A stretch of DNA of 64,000 nt from an uncultured Methanolobus sp. (GCA_963675495.1 OY776215.1:1280001-1344000), one strand, 5' to 3'; shown: positions 18,309 through 30,278, numbered from the stretch's first letter. Translations and numbers: made by a program. Notes: a model not told the origin generated them from the letters alone.

Positions 18309-19136
18309 TCATATAGTGAATTCAAGACTGACATCTATCCATCTAGCCTGATGAACAAGAGAACCCATGGATATTACATCGACTCCTGTCTTTGCATACT
18401 CTTCCAGATTATCCATGCTGATACCACCAGAAACCTCTATTAGAATGTGTTCAGGAATCGATGATCTTTTCAGCGTTTCCACAGTATCAATGACCGAAGC
18501 GGGACCCATATTGTCAAGCATTATAATATCAGCCCCTGCTCTTGCGGCCGTCAGGGCATCTGCAACAGACTCAACCTCAACCTCTATTTTCTGTGTGAAA
18601 CCTGCCTTTTCCTTAGCAGATAACAAAGCAGCTTCCACACCCATCATTTTCACGTGGTTGTCCTTTATCATTATAGTATCTGAAAGGTTGAATCTGTGAG
18701 GGTCACCACCACCTGCTATCACTGCCATTTTTTCATATTTGCGAAGTCCCGGTGTCGTCTTCCTTGTGCATGCGATCCTTACATCCGAATACGTGCGTGC
18801 TATGTCTATGCATCTTCTTGTATTCGTTGCTACTCCACAAAGATGACCAAGGAAGTTAAGGACGAGTCTTTCTGCCCTAAGGATAGAAAGAGAACTCCCA
18901 CTTAAGGAAAATATTGTATCACCTTTAGAGAGACTGTCACCGTCCAAGTGGTTTGTAGCATAACCTACCCCCAAATAATCAAAGAAAGAACGTGCAACAT
19001 CAAGTCCTGCCAGTGTACAGTCCTCTTTCGTGAAAATAACAGCCTCCACGTGCCTTTCGGGAACAAGCTTACAGGAATTATCATTGTAACCCAGATCCTC
19101 TTCAAGGAAACTCTCTATTTCATGTGTGAACATCAT
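18309..19136 (-). CDS. nadC: Quinolinate phosphoribosyltransferase (nicotinate-nucleotide pyrophosphorylase)
   Basis: TRKTTPG, HRFNLSD..MIKDNH, IEVEVE, IMLDN, EVSGGI. Confidence 0.95.
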   Translation of the reverse strand: MMFTHEIESFLEEDLGYNDNSCKLVPERHVEAVIFTKEDCTLAGLDVARSFFDYLGVGYATNHLDGDSLSKGDTIFSLSGSSLSILRAERLVLNFLGHLCGVATNTRRCIDIARTYSDVRIACTRKTTPGLRKYEKMAVIAGGGDPHRFNLSDTIMIKDNHVKMMGVEAALLSAKEKAGFTQKIEVEVESVADALTAARAGADIIMLDNMGPASVIDTVETLKRSSIPEHILIEVSGGISMDNLEEYAKTGVDVISMGSLVHQARWIDVSLEFTI

Positions 19137-19264
19137 GTTACCTATACGTATGTACAGTAAAGTGATTTATATTCTTTCAGCATATAAGCAAAACCTACTT
19201 AACTAATCAATATAAGCAGTAATCAACAAATCTACTTAATAGGCTCAATTTTCAGGGATAAATA

Positions 19265-20080
19265 ATGCTCAAGATAGGACTTATTGGCTGTGGAACAATC
19301 GGAACCAGCATATGCAAAGCCATTGATGATGGCATCATTGAAGCAGAGCTTTTTGCTATTTATGACAGGAATGTGGATGATGTGGAAAGACTTTTGTCCA
19401 CTCTGAAAAGATCCAAAGCTCAGGTAATAGAACCTGCTGCAATGATAAAACAGATAGACCTTCTTGTGGAATGTGCTTCACAGGAAGCTGTCTATGAGGT
19501 AATACCAGTAGCCTTACACGCACATTGTGATGTTATGATAATGAGTGTAGGTGCTTTTGCAGACGAGAAACTACGTAAGACCATAAAGGAACTTGCAAAA
19601 GATAACAACTGCAAGGTGTATCTCCCCTCTGGAGCTATTGTCGGGCTTGACGGACTCAAATCTGCTTCAACCGGGGAAATATACTCAGTCACACTCACGA
19701 CCCAAAAACCGCCAAGAGGACTTGCGGGCGCTCCTTATGTTATCAGGAACAAGATCGATCTGGACAAGATCAACGGGAAAACTGTTCTTTTTGAAGGGAC
19801 TGCCAGTGAAGCTGTAAAAGCCTTCCCTGCAAATGTCAATGTTGCTGCAACCCTAAGCATTGCAGGTATTGGTTTTGAAAAAACCAAGGTAAGAATAGTA
19901 GCAAATCCGGCACTGATACGCAACATACACGAGATATCCGTTGAAGGTGCGTTCGGAGAGTTTACAACACGGGTCGAGAATGTCCCGTCTCCCACAAACC
20001 CAAAGAGCAGCTATCTTGCATCCCTCTCTGCCATAGCTACCCTTAAAAAAATATCCAATCCGTTCCAGACTGGAACGTAA
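19265..20080 (+). CDS. nadX: L-aspartate dehydrogenase
   Basis: GCGTIG Rossmann motif, VECAS, PSGAI.GLD, FPANVNVA, NIHEI, NPKSS. Lies in the nad cluster. Confidence 0.93.
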   Translation: MLKIGLIGCGTIGTSICKAIDDGIIEAELFAIYDRNVDDVERLLSTLKRSKAQVIEPAAMIKQIDLLVECASQEAVYEVIPVALHAHCDVMIMSVGAFADEKLRKTIKELAKDNNCKVYLPSGAIVGLDGLKSASTGEIYSVTLTTQKPPRGLAGAPYVIRNKIDLDKINGKTVLFEGTASEAVKAFPANVNVAATLSIAGIGFEKTKVRIVANPALIRNIHEISVEGAFGEFTTRVENVPSPTNPKSSYLASLSAIATLKKISNPFQTGT

Positions 20081-20165
20081 ACTGGAAATTACAGTAATCT
20101 ATTTCCAATATATTCATTAAATTGATTTTTGGACAGAATTGTCACTTACAAAAGGTTATGATCTA

Positions 20166-21083
20166 ATGCAGGACACTCAACATATCATTGAAAAGATACA
20201 GGAGTTAAAAAAAGAACGTAATGCTGTCATCCTTGCGCACAACTATGAGAGAGGAGAGATACAGGACATTGCAGACTTTACAGGAGATTCATTGGGACTG
20301 AGCAGACAGGCAATGGAAAAGGAAGCTGAAGTCATAGTGTTTTGTGGAGTACATTTTATGGCTGAAAGTGCAGCCATCCTGAGTCCTGAAAAAACTGTGC
20401 TCCTGCCGGAAAAATATGCAGGTTGTCCTATGGCATCAATGATAACTGCCGATGCATTACGCGAGGAAAAAAAGAAATATCCTGATGCTGCAGTCGTGTG
20501 TTACGTAAACTCAACAGCCGATGTGAAAGCAGAGAGTGACATCTGCTGTACTTCAGCAAATGCAGTTGAAGTCGTCAATTCCCTTGAAGAAAATGAGATA
20601 TTGTTCGTCCCTGACAAGAATCTTGCAGACTATGTTTCCAGGTACAGCACAAAAAAGATAATCCCCTGGGAAGGATACTGCCCCACACATAACCAGATAC
20701 TTGTTACAGATGTCATCAAGGCTAAGGAAAATCATCCAGGTGCCGAAGTACTTGCACACCCGGAATGTCGCAGGGATGTAATCGATATATCAGACAAGGT
20801 ATTCAGCACCACCGGAATGGTTGAGTATGCCAAGAACTCAGGAAATGAGTTTATCATTGCTACCGAAAACGGAATCCTTCACAAACTAAAAAAAGACAAT
20901 CCAGGAAAGAGATTCTATGATGTCTCTGAGTTTGCTGTCTGTCCGGAGATGAAAGCCATTGATCTTGGCTCATTGCTAAGCTCACTTGAAAAGATGCAAC
21001 ATGTGATTACTGTTCCTGAAAATATCAGGGTCAAAGCCAGAATAGCACTTGACCGGATGCTTGAAGTGAAACGAAACAGGTAA
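20166..21083 (+). CDS. nadA: Quinolinate synthase A
   Basis: [37 protein letters not shown]. Confidence 0.95.
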   Translation: MQDTQHIIEKIQELKKERNAVILAHNYERGEIQDIADFTGDSLGLSRQAMEKEAEVIVFCGVHFMAESAAILSPEKTVLLPEKYAGCPMASMITADALREEKKKYPDAAVVCYVNSTADVKAESDICCTSANAVEVVNSLEENEILFVPDKNLADYVSRYSTKKIIPWEGYCPTHNQILVTDVIKAKENHPGAEVLAHPECRRDVIDISDKVFSTTGMVEYAKNSGNEFIIATENGILHKLKKDNPGKRFYDVSEFAVCPEMKAIDLGSLLSSLEKMQHVITVPENIRVKARIALDRMLEVKRNR

Positions 21084-21091
21084 CCTATAGC

Positions 21092-21943
21092 ATGCAAGCA
21101 CACCTGAAATTGATGCGTTCGGGCAATTGCCTCATGGCAGCCATTGCCGCCATTGTTGGAATTTTTATAGCCTACAACATCGTTGTAGCCAATAATCCAT
21201 ATTACATTCAATTCCCGATACTTGATGCAACAAAAGTATTCCTTGTAGTCTTTCTGATAACTGGTGCAGGTAATTCCATCAATGACTATTTTGATGTTGA
21301 GATTGACAGGATAAATAAACCTGAAAGACCAATACCTTCCGGAAACATCGGTCTTAAGAACGCCTTATATTTCTCACTGGCACTCTTTGCAATTGGTACT
21401 CTTCTGGCAACATCCATAAACCTGATATGTGGCTCTATTGCCCTCATTAACTCTCTTTTACTCATATATTATGCAAGTAGCTTGAAACGCACAGCACTCT
21501 TGGGAAACATTTCTGTTGGATACCTTACAGGTTCCACATTCCTCTTTGGTGGTGCGGCGTTCTTTGAAAAAGGAGGAATCAACGGAATATTTGTGCTTTT
21601 CCTGCTGGCAACCCTGGCAACCATAGCCCGCGAAATAGTAAAAGATATAGAAGATATTGAAGGCGACAGTAAAGACGGAGCTCGCACACTCCCAATAATC
21701 ATCGGAGCAAAAAAGGCAGCATATCTGGCATCATTGATAGGTTTTGTTGCAGTATTAGCAAGCCCGCTGCCTTACCTGCAGTCACTCATGAGCATACGCT
21801 ACCTGTTAATAGTTGCTTTAGCTGACATGCTCTTTATCGTTGCTGTTTATCAGATACTTGGGAAGAATGATCCGGCAAAGTCATCAAAAATGTTCAAGAT
21901 GGCAATGGCCTTTGCACTCATATCTTTCATAGCCGGTACCTGA
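21092..21943 (+). CDS. Digeranylgeranylglyceryl phosphate synthase (UbiA family)
   Basis: [20 protein letters not shown] and [13 protein letters not shown] motifs, multi-TM. Confidence 0.9.
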   Translation: MQAHLKLMRSGNCLMAAIAAIVGIFIAYNIVVANNPYYIQFPILDATKVFLVVFLITGAGNSINDYFDVEIDRINKPERPIPSGNIGLKNALYFSLALFAIGTLLATSINLICGSIALINSLLLIYYASSLKRTALLGNISVGYLTGSTFLFGGAAFFEKGGINGIFVLFLLATLATIAREIVKDIEDIEGDSKDGARTLPIIIGAKKAAYLASLIGFVAVLASPLPYLQSLMSIRYLLIVALADMLFIVAVYQILGKNDPAKSSKMFKMAMAFALISFIAGT

Positions 21944-21945
21944 TA

Positions 21946-23160
21946 TCAATATATAGTTATCATACCCCTGGCAAGCTGCATACAGAAATCCTGAATGTGT
22001 TCGAGTTCAAAATCAATGACTTCCTCAACTTCTGCTTTTACAGAATCCACTGACCCTCTTTCCATAATGATCTGGGCTGCCGCCACCTTTGGAGTATCGA
22101 TAGGAACACCGATGTCACTCAGCAGCCATACGTATGCCTCTTTCACATCAGGCACATTTTCCACAATTCTTCCGGCAATATGATGAGACAGGACATTGTA
22201 TATTTTGCCCACGTGACTCACCGGATTCTTTCCTGCTGCTGCTTCACTACTGACCGGACGGTTCAGGGGTATTATACCATTCACACGATTACCACGACCA
22301 ACCTGACCGCAGTCGGCATCTTCAGCTGATGTGCCTGTAACACTTGTATAGATCCCATCCATACCACGACCGTCAATATCGAGATTATTGAACGAGACAG
22401 ATGTGTTCATATGAACACCTTTATCCTCCATATAAGAAACCAGATATCCATTCATAACTCCAAAAAGGTCTTTCTTCATATTGAAATAATGTTGCTCGGA
22501 ATCAACAAAAGAGTCGATAAGTGGCATAGCAACCGTTATGTCAAATTTAGTACCCCGTCTTATACCCATGACCTTTACATCTTCCCCGGATTCGGGATAT
22601 TCCTCCTTGAACTGGGCAGAGTTCAGATGCTTTTCCATATCCAGTACTGCCTGTTCAGTGAAAGAAAGAGGAGCGTAGCCTACTGCAGCCGATGTGTCAT
22701 TGGAACCAAGTATACCTTTTTGTCTCCTGAAGATGTCCGTAAGTTCTGCAGAACCGGGCTTGAGTTCTACCTGATATTCCACAAAATCCGGCTGCACAAA
22801 ACGTAACTTCTCATCAAACCATCTTCTTGCAGTATCCACTGCGATATTGGCAACATCGACCTCTGTACCTTCTACCTTGAAAGTTGCACGGTCGCCAATA
22901 ACAAGACGCATGGGTTCAACTACAATACCCCCACCAAAGATTCCAGCAGTCTCTCCGGCGACAAGCAGGCATTTATCTGTATTATGATGTAAGATCGTAT
23001 CAAACTTCTCAAGGTATTCATTACATAAATTAACAGATATCTGATCCATGATAGCATCGCAGATACTGTCAGGATGACCTAGTCCCTTTCTTTCAACGAT
23101 CTCAAGGTTTTGTTCAGGAGCACTTGCTGCCCTGAATTTCTCTACGGTTATATTTCTCAG
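21946..23160 (-). CDS. mat: Archaeal S-adenosylmethionine synthetase
   Basis: EIVERKG.GHPDSICD, NDTS..VGYAP, GEDVKVMG, GRGNR.NG, GKNPV.HVGKIYN. Probable CTG start at 23160; TTG 23175 is the alternative. Confidence 0.94.
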   Translation of the reverse strand: MRNITVEKFRAASAPEQNLEIVERKGLGHPDSICDAIMDQISVNLCNEYLEKFDTILHHNTDKCLLVAGETAGIFGGGIVVEPMRLVIGDRATFKVEGTEVDVANIAVDTARRWFDEKLRFVQPDFVEYQVELKPGSAELTDIFRRQKGILGSNDTSAAVGYAPLSFTEQAVLDMEKHLNSAQFKEEYPESGEDVKVMGIRRGTKFDITVAMPLIDSFVDSEQHYFNMKKDLFGVMNGYLVSYMEDKGVHMNTSVSFNNLDIDGRGMDGIYTSVTGTSAEDADCGQVGRGNRVNGIIPLNRPVSSEAAAGKNPVSHVGKIYNVLSHHIAGRIVENVPDVKEAYVWLLSDIGVPIDTPKVAAAQIIMERGSVDSVKAEVEEVIDFELEHIQDFCMQLARGMITIY

Positions 23161-23240
23161 TTTTACCCCTCCCAAGGATTACTGACCACTATCGGCAGTT
23201 AGTATATGCAATTTTAATTAGAATGGCATTGAATTAATAA

Positions 23241-23945
23241 CTACTCATTTTCAGAAGGAACTATTCCGGATGATTCTACATGCTTCAGATATTCCTGCAA
23301 TATCATTGGGAACGTACTTGCAGGTACAAACCTGACACCAAGTTCCTCAGCCCATTTCTGTATTCCAAAATCACTGGCAACAACAGCAGCATCAAGCTCT
23401 TTTGCAAGTATAAGAACATCGATATCAGGAGCACTGTCAAGAATACCATAACGAAGAGCTGAACGGTATTTGTTCCTGAATTTACCGATGTGCCCGCCAA
23501 TTACTCTTTTTTCGATATCGAAACTAATATCCTTTTTAGTCTCTGCTTTAGTATCGGTTAACAGACACTCAGTAGATGCATCCCAGATAGTTTCCTCAGC
23601 AATGACCATCCCCTTGTTGATACGTTCACGCATGTATGATACATACTCATGGAATACCTTGGACGGAATCGGCACATTATATCTATCAGGAGCCTTCTTC
23701 ACAAGCCATGTATCTATCTTTGCGATAACATCGTCATCACAATCGTTGTTCTGAGCAAACTCACGTAGTTCCTTGTAAACCGATGGGAATGGAACATAAC
23801 AACTAATACCAAGATTTAATCTGGAACTGGCTATAAGCTCCAGTACCTCCCTCATTCCCCCACATACACCATCCTCTCCAAGCTTCTCCCTTGTCTGTAA
23901 ATCGGTCAATGCAGTAGTGTCCAGAACAAAACGTTGCCTTAGAAT
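23241..23945 (-). CDS. RNA-free RNase P (HARP, PIN-like)
   Basis: [10 protein letters not shown]-terminus (upstream of the track start), YR.ALR.GILDS..D.DVL.LAKEL.A..V..D.GI..WA..LG. Probable ATT start at 23945. Confidence 0.88.
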   Translation of the reverse strand: MLRQRFVLDTTALTDLQTREKLGEDGVCGGMREVLELIASSRLNLGISCYVPFPSVYKELREFAQNNDCDDDVIAKIDTWLVKKAPDRYNVPIPSKVFHEYVSYMRERINKGMVIAEETIWDASTECLLTDTKAETKKDISFDIEKRVIGGHIGKFRNKYRSALRYGILDSAPDIDVLILAKELDAAVVASDFGIQKWAEELGVRFVPASTFPMILQEYLKHVESSGIVPSENE

Positions 23946-24157
23946 ACAATCCCTCCATCATGAATAATTATATAATGATGGTGTTACTCGGGTTAAAGTA
24001 TTTTTGGTAGTATTTTGGTGTAGTTCATGTTGCCAATTGTGTCGTGAACAGACAAACAATCTATTTTTGAGTATAAATATAAAAAATTATTAATAGAAAT
24101 TATATATATCTTTGAAGATATAAACCAAATTATACATTCACCAATAAAGGAAACACC

Positions 24158-24523
24158 ATGACCAATATACTTGTTGTAGAAGACAATTCCATGAATATGG
24201 AACTTGTTACATACCTCCTTGAAGCTAACGGAATAAACACCACACAAGCTTTCAATGGTCTTGAAGCACTTGAAAAAGTACATGAAAAATCTTTTGATCT
24301 GATACTTCTGGATATTCAGCTACCAGGAATAGACGGAATTGAAGTTTTGAGGAGAATGAAAGATGAACTAAAATTAACAGATCTATCTGTTGTAGCTCTA
24401 ACGGCACACGCCATGAAAGGAGATGAGAAACACTTCATCGAAGCAGGATGTATCGGCTATATCTCCAAACCCATCGATGTCGCACAATTCATGGAACAAA
24501 TAAATGCTTTTTTGGGAAATTGA
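24158..24523 (+). CDS. Single-domain response regulator (CheY/DivK-like)
   Basis: LVVEDN, LLDIQLP, LTAHA, SKP. Confidence 0.92.
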   Translation: MTNILVVEDNSMNMELVTYLLEANGINTTQAFNGLEALEKVHEKSFDLILLDIQLPGIDGIEVLRRMKDELKLTDLSVVALTAHAMKGDEKHFIEAGCIGYISKPIDVAQFMEQINAFLGN

Positions 24524-24534
24524 AGGTGCAATGA

Positions 24535-27500
24535 ATGAAAATACGCAATAAAACACTAGCTATAATCGGAATAGCCTTCACAATCCTATTCATATGCCTC
24601 ATAGGAGCAACAGAATACATAATAGGCAACAATTCTGACGAATTAGAAATAAATCAGATAAACAAGGATGTGGAAAGGGCAAGTTTTGCATTTGAAACAG
24701 AGCTTCTATTCATAGAAGCTGTTGCTTCCGATTGGGCACTGTGGGATGACTCATACTATTTTGTGCAGGGGGAATATGATGGATATGTTGATTCAAATCT
24801 GGACGCGGAGACTTTGGCAAATCTAGGGCTGAACATGGTTCTCTTCTATGATGTTTCCAATCAGCCATATTATGTAACGGGAGCAGATATTGAAACCTAT
24901 GAGGAGATAGAAATATCCGATACATTTATCGAATATATATCGTCGCAGGAAATATTGTTCTCCCACCCTACTGTATATGATAGTGTATTAGGAATCATGA
25001 ACTCTCCCCAAGGACCATTACTCATTGCATCCAACCCCATCACTACGAGTACAAGGGAAGGAAAAATAGCAGGCTCCTTTATAGCTGCCAGATATCTGGA
25101 TGATTCATTCATAGAGATGCTGGAAGAGAAAACGATTCTTGACATTGATATAGTACCTGTTGACCCAAAAGAAAGCACATCAGAAAAGGACTCATCAGAA
25201 CTCCTGGCTTCCGGAACTGAAAACACAGAGATAAAATTCCTGAGCGAAAGTTCAGCACTTGGAACCAGATTCCTGACAGACATTAACGGAGAAAACATAA
25301 TGTCCCTTAATGTGGAAATTCCCAGGACTATACACAAACAGTCAATCATGGCAAGAGAATACCTGTTTGTTATGATTATTTGTCTTGGTCTATTCTTCGG
25401 ATTGTTGACTAGTTTGGCAATGGAGAGAACGGTACTCTCACCAATATCATTGCTGAACACCAATCTTACAACCATCACAAAAAGTGGATCACTCACCTCC
25501 CGTCTGAAAGTCACAGGAAATGATGAGCTTGCAGGACTTGCAGGAAGCATCAACTATATGGTAGAATCCCTGGAAGAAAAAGGCAATATCCTTGAAACAC
25601 TGGACATACTGGAATCAAGCCTTGAATCCATAGATACAGGAATAATGGTCGTGGACAGGAATTCACGAATAATAATGAATTCAAAATTCATCGATATGTG
25701 GGATTTGAGTGTTGATACCCTGCAACAGAACAATGTAACAGAGATTCTAAAACACGTAGTTTCAATCTCAAAAAACGATGATGGAAATACCGAGAATATA
25801 GAAAAGTTACAAACTGTTTACAACCAGGAAACTACAAATCTAAATCTCAAAAACAGACTAACCTATGAATGGCATTCAGGCCCATTACTACACAATGGGA
25901 ACGAAATAGGAGCAGTTTATTCTGTCAATGATATTACAGACAGGGTAAGGGTCCGCCTAATGGAACATGAAAGTAAACAAAGAATGGAAACCGTCATTTC
26001 CAATATTATCTCCGGAATTCTTGTAATCGATGCAAATACCCACAAGATAATCGATTCAAATCCTGCATCTGAATCTATGATAGGCCTTCCTAAAGAAAAA
26101 ATAATTGGCAACATATGCCATGAATTTATATGCCCTGCTGAAAATGGGAATTGTCCCATCACCGACAATGGATCAACATGCGACAGGGCAGAGCGTATAT
26201 TGATAGACAGGTCGGGAAACAAAGTACCCATACTAAAATCAGTGGTTGCAGCTGACTTTTCCGGAAGAGAAGTCCTCATTGAGAGTTTTGTAGACCTAAC
26301 CAAAATAAAGGAAGCAGAACAAAGCCTTATAGAAGCCAAGCTTGCTGCAGAGTCTGCAAACCGTTCCAAGAGCGATTTTCTTGCAACCATGAGCCATGAA
26401 TTGCGCACTCCACTCAACTCAATCATTGGGTTCTCTGATCTCATCATCGGTGGTAGTGTTGGAGATGTGAGTGACATGCAGAAAAAATTCCTTGGAAATA
26501 TATCCACAAGTGGAAAGCACCTACTGTCCCTAATAAACAATGTGCTGGATATTTCCAAGATCGAGGCTGGAAAGATGGAAATTGACTTGGAACTGTTCCC
26601 TCTTGATGAAACACTGACTGAAGTTAAGCAACTGATAGAACCTCTAACAAATAAAAAAGACCTTAGTATAGAATTCCATATCGATGGAAAACTCACTCAT
26701 ATGTATGCTGACAAGACCAGATTCAAACAGATAATGTTCAATCTTATAAGCAATGCCATCAAGTTCACTCCAGAAGGTGGAAAAATAGACATCTGTGCAA
26801 GTATAAAGGAGAATAAGGCACTCTTTGCTGTAAAAGATACTGGTATAGGAATATCTGATGAGAACAAGAGTCAGTTGTTCCAGCCATTCACACAAGTCGA
26901 TTCTGCTACAAACCGTCACTATGAAGGAACAGGACTTGGACTTTCCCTTGTGAAAAAGTTCCTGGAATTGCATAAAGGAAATATCTGGCTCGAAAGTACA
27001 CCTGGAGAAGGATCAACTTTCATATTTGAACTACCTCTGAAAGAAAATACTAATCTTACTGACACAGAAGAAGTAGACATGAACCAAAATGGAACTTTGC
27101 TAGCCCTGCCCAGAATAACCGAACCTGATATGTCAAATGGAAACGAGCCGTTGATACTTGTAGTGGAAGACGATGATGCTTCAAGGGAACTGTTGGAATA
27201 TACTCTGGTTCATGAAGGATATCGTGTGGCATCGGCACCCAGTGGAAAAGAAGCACTCGAGTTTGCAAAAGTCATGGACCCCTTTGCCATAACCCTCGAC
27301 ATAATGATGCCGGGAATGGATGGATGGGATGTACTCAAATATTTGAAGCAGGAAAAAGGTACTCGGGATATCCCAGTTGTCATCACATCAATGGTCGATG
27401 AGAAAAAGACTGGCATTGTTTGGGGAGCTGCAGAATACTTTATCAAACCCGTGGAAAAAGAAGTACTACTTTCCACAATGGACAAATTGAAAGAAAAAGT

Positions 27501-27882
27501 TTCAAAACCCTCCCTCAAGGTGTTGGTTGTAGATGATGAAATTAGTATGGTGGAACTGATATATGAGATGTTGAACGGGAAAGAATTCGATGTACTTACT
27601 GCTTACGGGGGTCAGGAAGCTATCGATATTGCCCTGAAAGATGATCCAGACGTGATAGTCCTTGACCTTATGATGCCAGTTATCAGTGGCTTTGATGTCA
27701 TACATACCCTAAAGAACAAAGAACAGACCATTGACATCCCAATTATAATATGTAGCGCAAAGGATCTGGAAAAGAATGAGAAAATCGAACTGAAAAGCGA
27801 TGTAGCACATATATTTCAAAAGGGTATGTTCAGCAAAGAAAGTCTCGTAGACTGTATCAGAAACTCAAGGAAGAACAACTGA
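24535..27882 (+). CDS. Hybrid sensor histidine kinase (CHASE4-HAMP-PAS-PAS-HisKA-HATPase-REC-REC)
   Basis: DWA.WDDSY (CHASE4), GNDELAGLA (HAMP), SHELRTPLN, NLISNAIKFT, DTGIGI, GTGLGL, two receiver domains. Confidence 0.92.
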   Translation: MKIRNKTLAIIGIAFTILFICLIGATEYIIGNNSDELEINQINKDVERASFAFETELLFIEAVASDWALWDDSYYFVQGEYDGYVDSNLDAETLANLGLNMVLFYDVSNQPYYVTGADIETYEEIEISDTFIEYISSQEILFSHPTVYDSVLGIMNSPQGPLLIASNPITTSTREGKIAGSFIAARYLDDSFIEMLEEKTILDIDIVPVDPKESTSEKDSSELLASGTENTEIKFLSESSALGTRFLTDINGENIMSLNVEIPRTIHKQSIMAREYLFVMIICLGLFFGLLTSLAMERTVLSPISLLNTNLTTITKSGSLTSRLKVTGNDELAGLAGSINYMVESLEEKGNILETLDILESSLESIDTGIMVVDRNSRIIMNSKFIDMWDLSVDTLQQNNVTEILKHVVSISKNDDGNTENIEKLQTVYNQETTNLNLKNRLTYEWHSGPLLHNGNEIGAVYSVNDITDRVRVRLMEHESKQRMETVISNIISGILVIDANTHKIIDSNPASESMIGLPKEKIIGNICHEFICPAENGNCPITDNGSTCDRAERILIDRSGNKVPILKSVVAADFSGREVLIESFVDLTKIKEAEQSLIEAKLAAESANRSKSDFLATMSHELRTPLNSIIGFSDLIIGGSVGDVSDMQKKFLGNISTSGKHLLSLINNVLDISKIEAGKMEIDLELFPLDETLTEVKQLIEPLTNKKDLSIEFHIDGKLTHMYADKTRFKQIMFNLISNAIKFTPEGGKIDICASIKENKALFAVKDTGIGISDENKSQLFQPFTQVDSATNRHYEGTGLGLSLVKKFLELHKGNIWLESTPGEGSTFIFELPLKENTNLTDTEEVDMNQNGTLLALPRITEPDMSNGNEPLILVVEDDDASRELLEYTLVHEGYRVASAPSGKEALEFAKVMDPFAITLDIMMPGMDGWDVLKYLKQEKGTRDIPVVITSMVDEKKTGIVWGAAEYFIKPVEKEVLLSTMDKLKEKVSKPSLKVLVVDDEISMVELIYEMLNGKEFDVLTAYGGQEAIDIALKDDPDVIVLDLMMPVISGFDVIHTLKNKEQTIDIPIIICSAKDLEKNEKIELKSDVAHIFQKGMFSKESLVDCIRNSRKNN

Positions 27883-27993
27883 ACTCAAAGACATTATAAC
27901 GACAAATAGAGAACAAGGGAAAGAGAATATAAAAGTCCCTTTTGTTTTTATTTTTTTATTTTTCAATTAAAATTACGTTGAACCCATTTTGTT

Positions 27994-28034
27994 GATGCTG
28001 CTTATCCAATTAAATGATGGATAAGTAGAGCATC
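27994..28034. terminator. Hairpin between the convergent kinase and cdc48 genes
   Basis: GATGCT-g-CTTATCCA...TGGATAAG-tag-AGCATC, with T-tracts upstream. Confidence 0.45.
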
Positions 28035-28040
28035 GCATAT

Positions 28041-30278
28041 TTACTGATACGCCCTTTCATCCTCACTTGTACTTTTCTCATCCTCATTTGCTGCATATCT
28101 GGCAAATGATTCAGCCGCCTGCTCGTAGAAACTCATGGCGCTGCGAGATGTAGTCGGTTTTACTCTTTTTTTGGCTTTGAGGAAATGATTGGATGTGATT
28201 TTCAGACCGGCGGCTTTTTTCATAGCTTCTTCCTGGCTAAGACCGGGAGTTATTACCTCACGCAGAGCCAGCATTGAAGCTTCACGGGAGATGGACTCGA
28301 TGTCAGCACCGACATAACCCTCAGTGATATCGGCAAGCTCATGGATATCAACATCATCCTCAAGGGGTTTATCTTCAAGATGGATGTTGAATATCTTTTC
28401 ACGACTCTGTTTGTCAGGAGGACGCACATAGATGAGGCGGTCGAATCTTCCCGGACGCAGCAGAGCAGGGTCCACGATATCTGGCCGGTTGGTGGCAGCG
28501 ACTATTACAACGTCCTTCAATTCCTCCACTCCGTCTATCTCGGTGAGTATCTGGCTCACCACACGCTCGGTTGCATGTGCATCCACACTGGACCCACGTT
28601 CTGATGCCATTGAATCTATCTCATCGAAGAAAATTATGGTCGGAGCCGCCTGCTTGGCTTTACGGAAGGTCTCACGAACCGCACGCTCAGACTCTCCAAC
28701 ATAACGGCTGAGAAGTTCGGGACCCTTGATACTGATAAAATTTGCCTCGCTCTCGGTTGCCACAGCTTTTGCAAGCATGGTCTTACCGGTGCCGGGAGGA
28801 CCAAACAACATTATACCACGTGGTGGCTTTGTGCTCACCGTATCGAACAGATCGGGATACTTCAGGGGCCACTCAACAGCCTCTATCAACTCCTGCTTAG
28901 CTCCCTCAAGACCGCCGATGTCTTCCCAGCTTACGTGGGGCACTTCTACGAAAACCTCCCTCATGGCAGAAGGTTCTATATTCTTCAGTGCCTCATCGAA
29001 ATCTTTTTTGGACACTTCCAGCTTTTCCATGAATTCCGGCGGGATCTCATCCTCAACATCATCTATTTTCAGTTCTGGGAGAAGACGCCTCAAGGCATGC
29101 ATTGCAGCTTCCTTACACAGGGAAGATAGGTCTGCACCCACAAAACCGTGAGTAACTGCAGCTATTTCCTTTAACTCCAGTCCTTTTTCCAGAGGCATGC
29201 CCCTTGTGTGTACATAAAGGACCTGCAATCTTCCACTTGAATCAGGAATACCCACCTCAATTTCCCTGTCAAACCTGCCGCCACGGCGCAGTGCTTCATC
29301 AATTGAATTCGGGCGGTTGGTGGCAGCGATAACTATTACTTTGCCTCTTGAAGCAAGACCATCCATCAGGGACAGCAACTGGGCAACTATCCTGCGTTCC
29401 ATCTCCCCTACGACCTCATCACGTTTGGGAGCTATTGAATCAACTTCATCTATGAAAATAATAGTTGGAGCATTACGCTGCGCCTCTTCGAATATCTCAC
29501 GCAGCTTCTGCTCACTTTCACCATAATACTTTGATACGATCTCAGGCCCGCTGACGGATACGAAATTAGCATCTGTTTCACTTGCAACTGCCCTTGCGAT
29601 CATGGTCTTACCAGTTCCCGGAGGACCGAACAAGAGAACACCTTTGGGAGGATCGACTCCCAGTTTATTGAACAATTCCGGATGCTTGAGTGGAAGCTCT
29701 ATCATCTCACGCACAAGTCCCAGTTCCCTCTGGAGACCCCCAATGTCCTCATAGGTCACCTGACCGGCTGTACTCTCTGCAATAGCTGCCTTCTCCCTGA
29801 GTTGTATCTGGGTGCTCCTTGTCACAACCACAGGACCTGAAGGTTTGCTGGAAAGCACCACAAAAGAAATCGGATTGTTCACCGTCTCAACACGGATGTT
29901 CTGTCCCTTTACAACAGGACGCCCTTCCAGTATCCTAAGAATGAAGCGAGCACCCCCGACAAGATGTGTTTCCCGTGTTGGAGCCAGAGTAACAGACTCT
30001 GCTTCCACTACCTGAACCTTTCTCAGGGTCACCTTGTCATCGATACCTACTTTTGCATTGTTCCTGAGGTTACCATCGATCCTCACAAGCTCCTTGCCTG
30101 CATCCTCAAGATAACCCGGCCAGACTATCGCATAGCATTTTTCCTTGCTCTTTATCTCAATGATATCGCCACTGATGGCGCCTATCTGCTGCATGAGGGG
30201 CTTATCGAGCCTGGCAATTCCCCTTCCTGCATCACGAGGATATGCCTGACCAACGCTGACGGTAGTCTCTTCAGTCAT
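28041..30278 (-). CDS. cdc48: CDC48/VCP family AAA+ ATPase
   Basis: N-domain (D.GRGIAR) and two AAA modules, each with [11 protein letters not shown] and AATNRP. Confidence 0.95.
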   Translation of the reverse strand: MTEETTVSVGQAYPRDAGRGIARLDKPLMQQIGAISGDIIEIKSKEKCYAIVWPGYLEDAGKELVRIDGNLRNNAKVGIDDKVTLRKVQVVEAESVTLAPTRETHLVGGARFILRILEGRPVVKGQNIRVETVNNPISFVVLSSKPSGPVVVTRSTQIQLREKAAIAESTAGQVTYEDIGGLQRELGLVREMIELPLKHPELFNKLGVDPPKGVLLFGPPGTGKTMIARAVASETDANFVSVSGPEIVSKYYGESEQKLREIFEEAQRNAPTIIFIDEVDSIAPKRDEVVGEMERRIVAQLLSLMDGLASRGKVIVIAATNRPNSIDEALRRGGRFDREIEVGIPDSSGRLQVLYVHTRGMPLEKGLELKEIAAVTHGFVGADLSSLCKEAAMHALRRLLPELKIDDVEDEIPPEFMEKLEVSKKDFDEALKNIEPSAMREVFVEVPHVSWEDIGGLEGAKQELIEAVEWPLKYPDLFDTVSTKPPRGIMLFGPPGTGKTMLAKAVATESEANFISIKGPELLSRYVGESERAVRETFRKAKQAAPTIIFFDEIDSMASERGSSVDAHATERVVSQILTEIDGVEELKDVVIVAATNRPDIVDPALLRPGRFDRLIYVRPPDKQSREKIFNIHLEDKPLEDDVDIHELADITEGYVGADIESISREASMLALREVITPGLSQEEAMKKAAGLKITSNHFLKAKKRVKPTTSRSAMSFYEQAAESFARYAANEDEKSTSEDERAYQ

